Assembly (NCBI GenBank): GCA_016218805.1
Contig: JACRCW010000114.1
Location: 1 to 32,233 of the forward strand
Origin: Deltaproteobacteria bacterium
Lineage (GTDB): Bacteria; Myxococcota; JACRCW01
Direction of reading: 5' to 3'
Length of the DNA: 32,233 nucleotides
Every line of letters starts with the position of its first letter. The first letter of the stretch is position 1. Shown here in pieces: positions 8,268 to 18,345 of this stretch. The position numbers were made by a program, and so were the translations under genes. The notes below the pieces were generated by a model that worked only from the letters and a program-made list of their open reading frames with translations, did not search any database and was not told the origin of the DNA.

Positions 8268-9451
8268 GTGCGTCTCCTTGCCCGCGCGTGGAAGAAGGAA
8301 GCCGTGGGTTCCAGCAGCAGAGGGGCATTGGCATTCTTCTGCAGTTCCGCATCCACAATGGCCAGCCCGCGCCCAAACCGGTTCACAAAGCCCAGCACCT
8401 TGGCGACCTCTGCGACAACCGGATTGCGGTACGCCGTCCCATGTCTGGGGTCACCTTGGGACAGGTCTCCGTAGAGGCCACCTGGGTTTGAGATCTCCAG
8501 GCGATCTGAGAACACGTTGATGCTGATGGGTGTGGTTGAGCCATCATAATTGCGGTGGATGACGGCGTTCATGAACAGTTCGTGCAACGCCACGGGAGGC
8601 CATGCGTAGTGGGTCACCTCTGACAGGTCTGGCGACCTCACCGGGCGCGCTACTGCCAACTCGCGGGCCAAGCTGTCCAGGTCCCGCATCACGGTAAGCA
8701 GGTCTCCGTGGATGCGCCGCTCCTGTAGGACCGCGGCCGTCATGTCCTCACCGTCGTAATTGACGTATTGAACATAGGCGCCAGGTACATGGGCCAGTGG
8801 GTCCTTGCCAAGAGCCAGGACAGCGGCGTTGGTTGGTGCTCGTCGCCGCAAGTCGTACATTCTGAGCGCCGCAAGCCTCTCTTCAACGGTCCTGCCGTTG
8901 GCATCCAGGACCGGCTTGGCCACCGCGCGCGGCAGGATCTCGTTCTCAAAAATGCCCAGGGCCAGGTCCTCCAGCCGCGCCCCAGAGGCAGCTCTCATGT
9001 CCCAGGTCTTGCTGTTGTCAGTGGCCCGTTCGCTCAGCCGCCGCTCTTCCTCCACCGTCGCTCGTCCCCGCCGGGGGCCGATCCGAACGTGGGTGACCCC
9101 CCGGTACCGGACGGGTGGGCGCTCCGATGGCTCCACCTTCACCACCAAGACCTCGCCATCCGAAAGTGGCACCCTGTGAACCGACATGATGGGCGGCGGG
9201 AGAATGGTGCCGTTGCTCCGGACATCCGCGAGGTTGACCATGAGCTGGTCTGTCACAGCGATTCCCGTGGGCCGACGTGTCTGGGGATCCACGCCGATGA
9301 CGAGGAAACCTGGCTTGCCCGTGGCCGGCAGGTCATTGGCAAACGCGCAGATGGCCTCCGAGAACTTCCCGGTATCTGTGACTGAGACCGTCAACTCAAC
9401 GCGATAGGACTCATCAGCGGCCAGGACGTCCTCAACCTCCGATGGTTCCAT
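8264..9451 (-). CDS. Schlafen/AlbA_2 domain + HATPase_c_4 (RecG C-terminal-like) protein
   Basis: N-terminal DESYRVEL...AICAFAND...GFLVIGV (AlbA_2); C-terminal ALHELFMNAVIHRNY...DRLEISNPGG...RNPVVAE...VNRFGRG. GGAG RBS; no C-terminal HTH. Confidence 0.85.
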   Translation of the reverse strand: MEPSEVEDVLAADESYRVELTVSVTDTGKFSEAICAFANDLPATGKPGFLVIGVDPQTRRPTGIAVTDQLMVNLADVRSNGTILPPPIMSVHRVPLSDGEVLVVKVEPSERPPVRYRGVTHVRIGPRRGRATVEEERRLSERATDNSKTWDMRAASGARLEDLALGIFENEILPRAVAKPVLDANGRTVEERLAALRMYDLRRRAPTNAAVLALGKDPLAHVPGAYVQYVNYDGEDMTAAVLQERRIHGDLLTVMRDLDSLARELAVARPVRSPDLSEVTHYAWPPVALHELFMNAVIHRNYDGSTTPISINVFSDRLEISNPGGLYGDLSQGDPRHGTAYRNPVVAEVAKVLGFVNRFGRGLAIVDAELQKNANAPLLLEPTASFFHARARRRT

Positions 9452-9649
9452 GGAACACTCCCACTGCCCCGGCGTTGAGCCACGAGGGGCAGTCTCCCAC
9501 GCCGCCTGTGTATCACGAACAATGGCTCGTCACGCAGAGGAGGCCGGCCGCAGGCGCATCCGCTACGCCGACACCATGCGCGCACACCTGCCCGCGCAGC
9601 ACGCGGGAACGTGGCAACCTCCCCAGCCGCATGGCAACGCCGGCGGGGC

Positions 9650-10183
9650 TCAGATGCCGGTGCCGCCGCCGGTGTCCACGGGCGCCTGGTGCGCCTCCAG
9701 GTAGCCGTCCAGTGTCAGCCTGGTGGCGGTGTCCGACGCGAGCGTCACCAGGAAGCGCGCGCGGAAATCCACGTTCAGCTCATCCACGGTGAGGATCTCC
9801 AGCGTCAGGGTCCCCTCCGTGCCGGAGCGGTCTGACGAGAACGTGCGGCCCCCGGAGACGGCGGTGAGCCGGAGGTCACTGTTGGTCACCGACGACACCA
9901 GCGGGAAGTCCACGCGGTCACCCTCGCGCAGCACGTTGCCGTCCACCAGCACCTGCAGGGAGAACGCGGGCTCATCATTGATGAGCGACACCGTGAACAC
10001 CCGCCCGGACGGCGGCGTGACCTGGATGCGCGCCTTTCCGTCAGCAAACGCCACCTGCAGGTCCGCGCCCTCATTGGACGTGACGTGGATGCTGGCGTCA
10101 CCCTGTGCGGACGCGCCGCCACCATCCCCACCGCCGCTGCACGCGGCCACCAGCACCAGGCTCCACCACGCGCGCGTCAGCAT
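9650..10183 (-). CDS. Hypothetical lipoprotein, beta-rich
   Basis: ATG 10183 after GGAGG; signal peptide MLTRAWWSLVLVAAC with lipobox-like VAAC, then a Gly linker. Confidence 0.75.
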   Translation of the reverse strand: MLTRAWWSLVLVAACSGGGDGGGASAQGDASIHVTSNEGADLQVAFADGKARIQVTPPSGRVFTVSLINDEPAFSLQVLVDGNVLREGDRVDFPLVSSVTNSDLRLTAVSGGRTFSSDRSGTEGTLTLEILTVDELNVDFRARFLVTLASDTATRLTLDGYLEAHQAPVDTGGGTGI

Positions 10184-10199
10184 CCGCACCTCCCTGCGC

Positions 10200-11294
10200 T
10201 CACTTCCAGCGGCGCACGGCATCCCCGCCGGCAAAGTAGTTCTTGATGCGCCCAATCTGCTCAATGCGGCGCTCCGCCAGGGTGTTGGCCGCCTGCAGCG
10301 TCGTCACCCGCTCCTTCTCCGCCAGGTCAAAGATGCGCGTGAGGATCTCGCCAATGCCCGCCGCCTGCTGGATGGCGCGCTCGCGGTTGTAACCGTCCAG
10401 TTCATTGGCCACGTTGATGAGCCCGCCGGCGTTGATGACGTAGTCCGGGGCGTACAGGATGCCGCGCTTGGCCAGCAGTCCCGCGTGGCGCTCTTCGTCC
10501 AGCAGCACGTTGTTGGCGGCACCGGCAATCATCGCGCACTGCAGGCGGGGAATGGTCTCATCATTGAGCACGCCGCCCAGCGCACACGGGGCAAAGATGT
10601 CACACGGCGCCGCGTAGATCTCCGGCGGGCTCACCACCTGCACCTCAAAGTCCTCCTCCACGCGCTGCACCGCGTCCGGGTCCAGGTCCGCAACGATGAT
10701 GCGCGCGCCTTCGCGGTGCAGGTGCTGGCAGACGTGGTAGCCCACCTGGCCCACGCCCTGGACCGCCACGGTGAGCCCTTCCAGGCCCTGGCGCCCCATC
10801 ACGCGGGACACGCACGCCTTCATGCCCTCATAGATGCCCAGCGCGGTCACCGGACCGGGGTCACCACTGCCGCCCAGCGCGCGGCTCACGCCGGTGACGT
10901 GGCTGGTCTCCATGCGGACCAGTTCCATGTCATGCACGTTGGTCCCCACATCCTCCGCGGTGAGGTACCGCCCACCCAGCCCGTGCACAAACCGCCCGAA
11001 CGACCGGAACAGCACCTCCGACTTGTCCTTCTTGGGGTCACCGATGATGACCGCCTTGCCACCGCCCAGGTTCAGCCCCGCCGCGGCCGCCTTGTAGGTC
11101 ATCCCGCGCGACAGGCGCAGCACGTCCTCCAGGGCCTCATCCTCCGACGAGAACGTCCACATGCGCGTGCCGCCAATGGCGGGCCCCAGCGTGGTGTTGT
11201 GGATGGCAATGATCGCCCGCAGGCCCGCAGCCTGGTCATGGCAGAAGATCACCTGCTCGTGGTCCTTGGCCGCCATCCTGTCAAAGATCCCCAT
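10200..11294 (-). CDS. ldh: Leucine dehydrogenase (Glu/Leu/Phe/Val dehydrogenase family)
   Basis: HEQVIFC, IAIHNTTLGPAIGGTR, LSRGMTYKAA, GGGKAVI, TAEDVGT, VQGVGQVG, PCALGG, AGAANN, YAPDYVINAGG. Start ATG 11294 or GTG 11300. Confidence 0.95.
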   Translation of the reverse strand: MGIFDRMAAKDHEQVIFCHDQAAGLRAIIAIHNTTLGPAIGGTRMWTFSSEDEALEDVLRLSRGMTYKAAAAGLNLGGGKAVIIGDPKKDKSEVLFRSFGRFVHGLGGRYLTAEDVGTNVHDMELVRMETSHVTGVSRALGGSGDPGPVTALGIYEGMKACVSRVMGRQGLEGLTVAVQGVGQVGYHVCQHLHREGARIIVADLDPDAVQRVEEDFEVQVVSPPEIYAAPCDIFAPCALGGVLNDETIPRLQCAMIAGAANNVLLDEERHAGLLAKRGILYAPDYVINAGGLINVANELDGYNRERAIQQAAGIGEILTRIFDLAEKERVTTLQAANTLAERRIEQIGRIKNYFAGGDAVRRWK

Positions 11295-11437
11295 GGTCAC
11301 TCCCCACTTCCCGAGGTGAACAGCGCAGCGCGGGGGACCCTACCGGGCGCGACGGGCGCCCTCAACGTGGACCCCTGCCGGCGGCTACCGCTGCCGACCG
11401 GCATCAGGTACTCAACGCCCGGCGCGTGGAGCGGAAC

Positions 11438-12973
11438 ATGACGGGCACACCGGGAAACGGCCACCCCGAGGACGAGCAACCAGGCGCCCCGCTGGAGGAC
11501 GCGTTCTACGACACCGCCCCCGAGAAGGACGCGCGGGCGATTGAAGGCGCGCGCGTGATCCTGGCGCGCAAGCTGCGGTGGTTGCTGCCGCGCCTGGGGA
11601 TCCTGCTGGCGGTGCTCGTGCTGGCGTTTCTCGTCGTGGCGGGGCCGCGGCCCGCCACGCGCGCGGATTCGCCGCAGTACGTGGAGCAGGCGCGGGCCAA
11701 CGGCGCGCGGCTGGGCCGCGAGCTGGGCGCGCCGACGCCGGGACCGCTGCACGCGGCGGTGGGCACCTGGTCCATCCGCCCCAACCCGCCCAACTACGTG
11801 CGGCTGGGCGGCTACCCGCCCGAGGTGCGCCGCAGCACGGGAGCAGACGGTGACCTGCGCGCGTGGGCGTGGGTGCTGCGCGCGGGCTCCGGCCCCGCGT
11901 GCGCGGTGATGGGCGCGGACCTGCTGATGGTGACGCCGGAACTGGCGGATGAGGTGGCCACCGAGGTGCTGGCGCTGGCGGACATCCCGCGCGAGCGCAT
12001 TGTGTTCACCGCGTCACACACGCACTCCTCCATTGGGAACTACGGGCGCACGCTGGCGGAGGGGTTCTTTGTGGGCTCCACCATTCCGGGCGTGCATGAG
12101 ATCGCGTGGCGCTGGGCGCCCACGGCGTGGAACACGCTGCGTTCCATGCGGCCCGCCGTGCTGCGCGCCGCGCAGGCGGATGCGCCGGCGTTCATTGTGA
12201 ACCGGTTGGACAAGGCGGGCGCGGTGGACGCCACCATGGACGTGGTACAGCTGGACATCCGCGGCGACGAGCCCGCCGTGATGGTGCTCTACGGAGCGCA
12301 CACCACGTCGGAACCGCGGCGGGACTGGATGAGCCCGGACTACCCCGGTCCCATGCGCGAACGCGTGAGCGCCTATGCGGGTGCGTTTGTGTCCTTTGCC
12401 GCGGGCGCCATGGGCAGCATGGGCGTCACCACACCCATGGCGCCGCGCAACCCGGACAACATTGGCACGCTGATGGCCACCACGGTGATGTCCTCCATCC
12501 GCCCCCGCGCGCGCAGCGAAGACGTGTCCGCGGCGGAACTGCGCCTGGCCTGCGGGCGGGCGCCGATGCCGCTGCCGCCGCTGCGCGTGCCGGCCGGCGG
12601 GGACTGGGCGCTCACGGAGGCCGCCAGCGCGTTCCTGCTGGACCCGCCCGCGGAGTTCAACGTCAGCGCGCTGCTGGCCGGGCCGCTGCTGCTGGTTTCC
12701 TTCCCGGGCGAGCTCAGCGGCGAGGTGAGCGGACCGCTGCGCGCGGCCGCCCGCCACCGCGGCTACTCGCTGGCCATTGCCAGCTTCTCCGGTGAATACG
12801 CCGGATACCTGCTGCCTGCCGCGCGGTACGGCAAAGGCGTGGAGGCGCTGACGCAGTTTGCCGGGATGGGGGCGGCGGCGCCGGCGGTGGCTCTTGTTGA
12901 GGGGCTGCTGGCCGCGCTGCCTCCGGGTCCCCTCCCCGAGGACGCACGCGCCGACCGCGCCTGGCCACCGTGA
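11438..12973 (+). CDS. Membrane-anchored neutral/alkaline ceramidase-like amidohydrolase
   Basis: One N-terminal TM helix; LGGY, DLRAWAWVL, ADLLMV, IVFTASHTHS, VNR, GAHTT, SPDYPG, FPGE and YAGY follow the neutral ceramidase family pattern. Confidence 0.72.
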   Translation: MTGTPGNGHPEDEQPGAPLEDAFYDTAPEKDARAIEGARVILARKLRWLLPRLGILLAVLVLAFLVVAGPRPATRADSPQYVEQARANGARLGRELGAPTPGPLHAAVGTWSIRPNPPNYVRLGGYPPEVRRSTGADGDLRAWAWVLRAGSGPACAVMGADLLMVTPELADEVATEVLALADIPRERIVFTASHTHSSIGNYGRTLAEGFFVGSTIPGVHEIAWRWAPTAWNTLRSMRPAVLRAAQADAPAFIVNRLDKAGAVDATMDVVQLDIRGDEPAVMVLYGAHTTSEPRRDWMSPDYPGPMRERVSAYAGAFVSFAAGAMGSMGVTTPMAPRNPDNIGTLMATTVMSSIRPRARSEDVSAAELRLACGRAPMPLPPLRVPAGGDWALTEAASAFLLDPPAEFNVSALLAGPLLLVSFPGELSGEVSGPLRAAARHRGYSLAIASFSGEYAGYLLPAARYGKGVEALTQFAGMGAAAPAVALVEGLLAALPPGPLPEDARADRAWPP

Positions 12974-13046
12974 GGCCGGGCGGGTGAAACGCCCACCGCA
13001 TTCCCCTATGGTCCGCGCCGCCCGCACCCGGGCTTGGAGGTCGACA

Positions 13047-16000
13047 ATGCAGACATGGCGTCGCAGTGCACTGGTCCTCGGGTTTGTGATCACCGGCCTT
13101 GCCGGGTGCCCCACCCCGGGCGGAGATGATGACGACACCAGCTCGTCTTCCGGCGGCGCGTCGTCGTCATCCAGCGGCGTGGTCTCCTCCTCGTCGCGGG
13201 CGGGGTCCTCGTCCGCCACCGGTGGCTCCAGCGGTCAGGGCAGCTCGTCGGGCGGCGCCACCTCGCTTGCCGCCACCTCCGCCACCGCCTCCAGCGGCGT
13301 GGATTCCTCCGGCGCCGCCCCCTCGTCGGGCGGCGGCAGCTCGGGTGCGGCCACGTCCGGCACCGGGGTCAGCTCATCGTCAGCGCCGGCCACCTCGGCA
13401 CCGGCCCCCTCGTCCAGCGCGGCCGGTCCGTCCTCGTCCGCTGCGGGCGCCACCTCCGCCGTGACCGCCTCGTCCTCCGCGGAGCCGTCCTCCTCCGCCG
13501 TCGCGCCATCCTCGTCCGCAGCCACCGCTTCCTCGTCGGCAACCGCGCCGTCCTCGTCCGCGGTGGCCCCATCGTCGTCCGCCGCTGCGCCGTCGTCCTC
13601 CGCGGCCCCCTCCAGCAGCGGACCGCCCGCGGACACCACGCCCCCCGCCGCGCCCACGCTTGCCGCCACGGCGGCCACCACCACCAGCATCACGCTGTCC
13701 TGGGTGGCCGTGGGTGATGACGGCACTACTGGCACCGCCGCCTCACAGCGACTGGGGTGGGCCGTGGTGGTGTCCGGCAACTGTCCCATCACCTCCTCAT
13801 CCATCACCGGAGCGGACGTCCTGGTGGACCTGAGCGCGCCGCTGCCCGCCGGCAGCCCGGAGCAGTACGTCGTCCCCAGCCTGACGCCGTCGGTGACCTA
13901 CTGCTTTGCCCTGCAGGTGTTTGATGATGTCAGCCTGTCCGCCATCTCCAATGTGGTGACCGCCACCACGGGCACCCCACCGGATGTCACGGCCCCCGCG
14001 GCGGCCGTGCTGAGCGCGGGCACCGCAACGCCAACCTCCGTGACGCTGTCATGGACGGACGTGGGTGACGACGGAACCACGGGCACCGCGGCAACCTGGT
14101 TCCTGCGACGCGCGCAGGGCGCGTCCTGCCCCATCACCACGGCCACCGGCGGCGCGGAAGTGGGCACCGGCACGCCCTCCGCACCCGGCAGCACGTCCGG
14201 CGCCACGGACAGCACACTGGTTTCTGACCAGACGTATTGCTTTGCGCTCGTGGTCTCGGACGAGGCGGGCAACAGCTCCGTGTCCAACAGCGTCACGGTG
14301 ACCACGCCGGACGTCCTGTTCCCGGACAATCCCGTGCTGGCGGCCGGCGCCATCACCGGCAGCAGCGTGGAGCTCACCTGGTCCGCGGTGGGTGACAACG
14401 CCGGCAGCGGTGCCGCCGCGGGTTATCTGATCGGCTGGGCCGTTGGTGACTGCACGGCGTTTGATTTCCCGTCGTCCACGCAGGTGGCCGTGACGGGCGG
14501 CGTGGCGGCGGGCACCGCCATGTCGCAGGTGATCACGCTCGCGGGGGACCAGCAATACTGCTTCCGCCTCCGCGCGGACGATGACGCGGCCAACGCGTCC
14601 TACTCCAACACGATCTCCGCGCGGACGCTGGATACCGTGGCTCCCGCCGCCGTGACGGACCTGGCGGCCAGCGCCACGGGGGTGACGCGCGTGACGCTGT
14701 CCTGGACCGCTCCCGGCGACAACAACACCACCGGCACCGCCGCCGCGTATGACCTGCGCTTCCTGGCCGGCGTGGCCTGCCCCATCACCGACGCCAACTT
14801 CGGCTCCGCCACGGCGGTCACCACCGCGCCCGCGCCGGCAGCTCCGGGGACCACTGAGTCCGTCGACGTCACCGGGCTCACCGCGGACACGGATTACTGC
14901 TTTGCACTGACAACGTCTGACGAGGTCCCCAACACGTCCGCGCTCTCCAACGTGTTGCTTGTGCACACCCGGCCGGATCCCGTGGCCCAGCTGGCTGCCA
15001 TCCGCGTGGCCATTGGCGCGGGTGCCACCGTTGACCATCCGCTCAATGGCGGCGTGGTGACGTACGTGAAGCCTGCGTTTGGCGGTGCCGCGGTGGGCGC
15101 GGCTGACGGACCCGGCTTCTTCATCCAGAACGGTGCCACCGGCCCGGCGCTGTTCTTTGCCGTGGACCCGGTCACCATCGCGGCAGACCTGGCCCCGGGT
15201 GACGTCGTGGACCTCCACGCCACGCGCGGCGCGTGGTTGTCGTGCAGCGGATGCTCAGCGGACAACTCCATCTACGTGGTGGACCAGCTCTCCTCCGGCG
15301 CACGCACTGGGACCGGCGCCACGCTGCCCGCAGCACAGGACCTGTCGTCGGATGCGCGGTTCCTGGCGCCCATCCCCACGCCCGCGCCGGCTGGCGGCTG
15401 GGAACTGGACGCAGAGCGGGTGACGGTGCGCGGGGTGATGGGTGTTTCCCCGGTTTCCGCGGGGACGGGCTTCCACAAGTTCCGCCTGGATACCGCGGGC
15501 TCGCCGGCACCGAGTCAGCTGTTCCTGCGCGCACCCACCAGTGTCTTTGTCTCGCTTGGGCTTGCGCCCGGTTGCGACGTCACGGTGAGTGGAACCCCCA
15601 TGTGGCGTTTCTCGCTGGAGGCGCAGGTGGCCGCCTGGCAGACCGCGGACATCATCGTGAACAGCTGCCCCAACCTGGCCGTGCTTGCCACCCAGCCGGC
15701 GGATGCCGCCGTCAACGCCGCGGTGACCTCCACGCTGACCGTTGAGTTCAACCAGCCCGTGAACGTGAGCACCGCAACGTTCCAGCCGACCGCCGGCGCG
15801 TGCACGGGTGAAATCCAGCTGTCCTCTGACGGCTTCCAGACCTGCCTGGGTCTCACCGGCGCGGCGTGGGATGCGTTCAATCATCAGGTGGCCTTCACGG
15901 TGGAGCCTGGAATGTCTTTTGGCGCGTCTTACCAGGCTCGCGTGGGTACTGGCGTTGCTGCCGTGCGCGGATCCACGCTTGCCACGGCGTACCCGTGGAC

Positions 16001-17087
16001 GTTCACCACGCCCCTCGCGCCCGTGTGCAGCACGGCCACACACCCGCTCATCGTTGAAGCATTCGGCGGGGGCGGCAACAGCGGCGCTGCGTGGAACCGT
16101 GACTTCGTGGTGCTGTTCAATCCAACGTCGTCCGCGGTGCCCTTGTCGGGCTGGTCCCTGCAGGTTGCATCGGCCACCACAACCGGGAACTGGACGCTCA
16201 TCACGTTGAGCGGTTCCATCGCTGCCAACGGGTATTACATGATCGGCCTTGCCAGCGGCACCAACGGGGCGGCGGTTCCCAGCCCGGACGCGGCATCTAC
16301 CTCGACGGTGCTTGGGGGCGCCGGCGGCAAGGTAGCCCTGGTCAACAACACGACCATTCTCAACGGCACGTGCCCCACAAGTACGGCCATCGTTGACGTG
16401 CTTGGCTGGGGCACAACCAGCGGTGGCTCGCCCGTGACCTGCTTTGAGACGGCGGCCGCTCCGACCACCACGGCGGCGACGGCGGTGTCCCGCACGGTGC
16501 AATGCTCCGACGCCAACGACAACTCCACCGAGTTTGTCCTGGCGGCGCCCAACCCGCGCAACACTGCCTCGCCCACCTTCCCGTGCGCCTGCACCGCCAA
16601 CGAGACCGGCGAAACCACCGAGCGGGGCAACCTGCTCGAAGCCGACTACTGCGTGCTGCAGTTCCCTCAAGCCGACTTCTCCGTCGCCCCGGGTGCGGTC
16701 ATTGACGGCACCACAACCACACCCACCGTTGGCGGGCTGTATGGGCGCATCTACGAGGTCACCGTCACCGAGGCGGCCGGCGCCAACCCGGCGGTCACCG
16801 CGCAGTGGGGTTACGGCCCGTTGCTGGCCAACCCCGAATGGGAGACGGGCTGGACGTGGGTCAACGCGCCCTTCAATACGCAGTCCGGCAACGACGACGA
16901 GTACGGCGCCCCCGCCGGGGCCGCCCCCGGCTTCACCGCCCCCGCGACCGCCGGCGCCTACCTGTTCACGTTCCGCTTCAGCCTGGATGCGGGGCTGAGC
17001 TGGACCTACTGCGACATCAACGGCGCGGGCTCCAACAGCGGGCTGTTCTTTGACGTGACGCGCCTGCCCATCATGACCGTGCAGTGA
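13047..17087 (+). CDS. Large surface lipoprotein: Ser/Ala-rich linker, 4 FN3-like repeats, OB-fold-like region, Ig-like (Big_5) domain, lamin-tail domain, Trp/Cys-containing C-terminal domain
   Basis: GGAGG RBS, ATG 13047, lipobox LAGC; APSSSA repeats; four L[ST]W...GD...YCF units; VLATQPAD...VEFNQPV (Big_5); VEAFGGGGNSGA...DFVVLFN...LSGWSLQ (LTD). Confidence 0.85.
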   Translation: MQTWRRSALVLGFVITGLAGCPTPGGDDDDTSSSSGGASSSSSGVVSSSSRAGSSSATGGSSGQGSSSGGATSLAATSATASSGVDSSGAAPSSGGGSSGAATSGTGVSSSSAPATSAPAPSSSAAGPSSSAAGATSAVTASSSAEPSSSAVAPSSSAATASSSATAPSSSAVAPSSSAAAPSSSAAPSSSGPPADTTPPAAPTLAATAATTTSITLSWVAVGDDGTTGTAASQRLGWAVVVSGNCPITSSSITGADVLVDLSAPLPAGSPEQYVVPSLTPSVTYCFALQVFDDVSLSAISNVVTATTGTPPDVTAPAAAVLSAGTATPTSVTLSWTDVGDDGTTGTAATWFLRRAQGASCPITTATGGAEVGTGTPSAPGSTSGATDSTLVSDQTYCFALVVSDEAGNSSVSNSVTVTTPDVLFPDNPVLAAGAITGSSVELTWSAVGDNAGSGAAAGYLIGWAVGDCTAFDFPSSTQVAVTGGVAAGTAMSQVITLAGDQQYCFRLRADDDAANASYSNTISARTLDTVAPAAVTDLAASATGVTRVTLSWTAPGDNNTTGTAAAYDLRFLAGVACPITDANFGSATAVTTAPAPAAPGTTESVDVTGLTADTDYCFALTTSDEVPNTSALSNVLLVHTRPDPVAQLAAIRVAIGAGATVDHPLNGGVVTYVKPAFGGAAVGAADGPGFFIQNGATGPALFFAVDPVTIAADLAPGDVVDLHATRGAWLSCSGCSADNSIYVVDQLSSGARTGTGATLPAAQDLSSDARFLAPIPTPAPAGGWELDAERVTVRGVMGVSPVSAGTGFHKFRLDTAGSPAPSQLFLRAPTSVFVSLGLAPGCDVTVSGTPMWRFSLEAQVAAWQTADIIVNSCPNLAVLATQPADAAVNAAVTSTLTVEFNQPVNVSTATFQPTAGACTGEIQLSSDGFQTCLGLTGAAWDAFNHQVAFTVEPGMSFGASYQARVGTGVAAVRGSTLATAYPWTFTTPLAPVCSTATHPLIVEAFGGGGNSGAAWNRDFVVLFNPTSSAVPLSGWSLQVASATTTGNWTLITLSGSIAANGYYMIGLASGTNGAAVPSPDAASTSTVLGGAGGKVALVNNTTILNGTCPTSTAIVDVLGWGTTSGGSPVTCFETAAAPTTTAATAVSRTVQCSDANDNSTEFVLAAPNPRNTASPTFPCACTANETGETTERGNLLEADYCVLQFPQADFSVAPGAVIDGTTTTPTVGGLYGRIYEVTVTEAAGANPAVTAQWGYGPLLANPEWETGWTWVNAPFNTQSGNDDEYGAPAGAAPGFTAPATAGAYLFTFRFSLDAGLSWTYCDINGAGSNSGLFFDVTRLPIMTVQ

Positions 17088-17130
17088 GCGTTTGCAGGTC
17101 CATGGACGGCCCGTCTACCGTCGGGGCGCC

Positions 17131-18327
17131 ATGGACAAGACGCTCCGCCAGCCCTTCAACAAAGCCTGGTCCCAGGACCTCTTCCTGGAATACCGCCGCG
17201 CGCTGGAAGCGCTGGCCGGTCCCATCCCCTACGCGCTGGCTGAGACACCGCTGTTCCTGGACGCGCCGCTGTGCGAGCACCTGCAGAAGAACGCGTTGGA
17301 GATCCTGGCGCAGCTCTCCCAGCCGTCGCTGCTGAGCACGCTGAAGAAGGCCATCCCCGCGCACTACGACCATCCCGGGATGGACGCGCTGCCCAACTGC
17401 GTGCAGGTGGACTTTGCGCTGTGCCCGGGCAAGGACGGCCGCCTGGAAGGCAAGCTCATTGAAATGCAGGCGTTCCCGTCGCTGTACGCGCTGATGGACC
17501 AGAAGTGCGTGGCGTGGAACACGGTGCTGCGCAAGGTGCCGGGCATTGGCCGGGACCTCACGTGTTTCTTCAACCGTGACACCGCCAAGGCGCGCGCCAA
17601 GGTGGGAGAGATGATTGTGGCCGGCGAGGACCCGCAGCACGTGGTGCTGATGGACATCCACCCGGAGGAGCAGAAGACCATCCCGGACTTTGAGGCCACG
17701 CGGCGCCTGTACGGCGTGGACGCGGTATGCGTCACCAAGATCCAACGCGAGGGCAAGCGCCTGTTCCGCGAGAAGGACGGCAAGCGCATCCCCATCAAGC
17801 GCATCTACAACCGGCTGGTGTTTGACGAGTTGGAGGCCAAGAAAGAGAAGGCGCCGTGGGACTGGCGCGAAGAGTTGGACGTCACCTGGTGCAGCCATCC
17901 CAACTGGTACTGGACGTGGTCCAAGTTCGTGCTGCCGCACCTGCAGCACGCCTCCGTCCCGCGCACGACGTACGTGTCCAAGCTCCGGGAGATTCCCGCG
18001 GACCTGTCCGGGTACGTCCTCAAGCCGCTGTTCTCGTTCGCGGGCACCGGCGTGATCATCGACGTCACGCGCAAGGACATCGACAACATCCCGGCAGACC
18101 AGCGTGACGGCTGGGTGCTGCAGGAGAAGGTGACCTACGCGCACGCGCTGCCCATGCCGGACGGTACGGGCGTCAAGGCGGAGGTGCGCGTGATGCTGGC
18201 GCGCCCGCCCAAGGACACCGCGTTCACGCCCATTCTCCCGCTGGTGCGGCTGTCTCGCGGCAAGATGATCGGCGTGGATCACAACAAGGGGCTGACGTGG
18301 GTGGGCGGAACGGTGGGCCTGTTCTGA
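17131..18327 (+). CDS. Circularly permuted ATP-grasp-like (glutathionylspermidine synthetase-like fold) amide ligase
   Basis: VDFAL...KLIEMQ early in the protein; IKRIYNR, YVLKPLFSFAGTGV, WVLQEKV and EVRVM late. This is the permuted order of ATP-grasp motifs. Confidence 0.65.
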   Translation: MDKTLRQPFNKAWSQDLFLEYRRALEALAGPIPYALAETPLFLDAPLCEHLQKNALEILAQLSQPSLLSTLKKAIPAHYDHPGMDALPNCVQVDFALCPGKDGRLEGKLIEMQAFPSLYALMDQKCVAWNTVLRKVPGIGRDLTCFFNRDTAKARAKVGEMIVAGEDPQHVVLMDIHPEEQKTIPDFEATRRLYGVDAVCVTKIQREGKRLFREKDGKRIPIKRIYNRLVFDELEAKKEKAPWDWREELDVTWCSHPNWYWTWSKFVLPHLQHASVPRTTYVSKLREIPADLSGYVLKPLFSFAGTGVIIDVTRKDIDNIPADQRDGWVLQEKVTYAHALPMPDGTGVKAEVRVMLARPPKDTAFTPILPLVRLSRGKMIGVDHNKGLTWVGGTVGLF

Positions 18328-18345
18328 CCGGGTGGGCATGAGGGA

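Noticed and set aside
7244..9701. 11-bp direct repeat GCGCCTCCAGG (7244-7254 and 9691-9701) as att sites of the AlbA/ParA cassette
   Set aside because: Short and GC-rich, so plausible by chance; the second copy lies inside the lipoprotein CDS.
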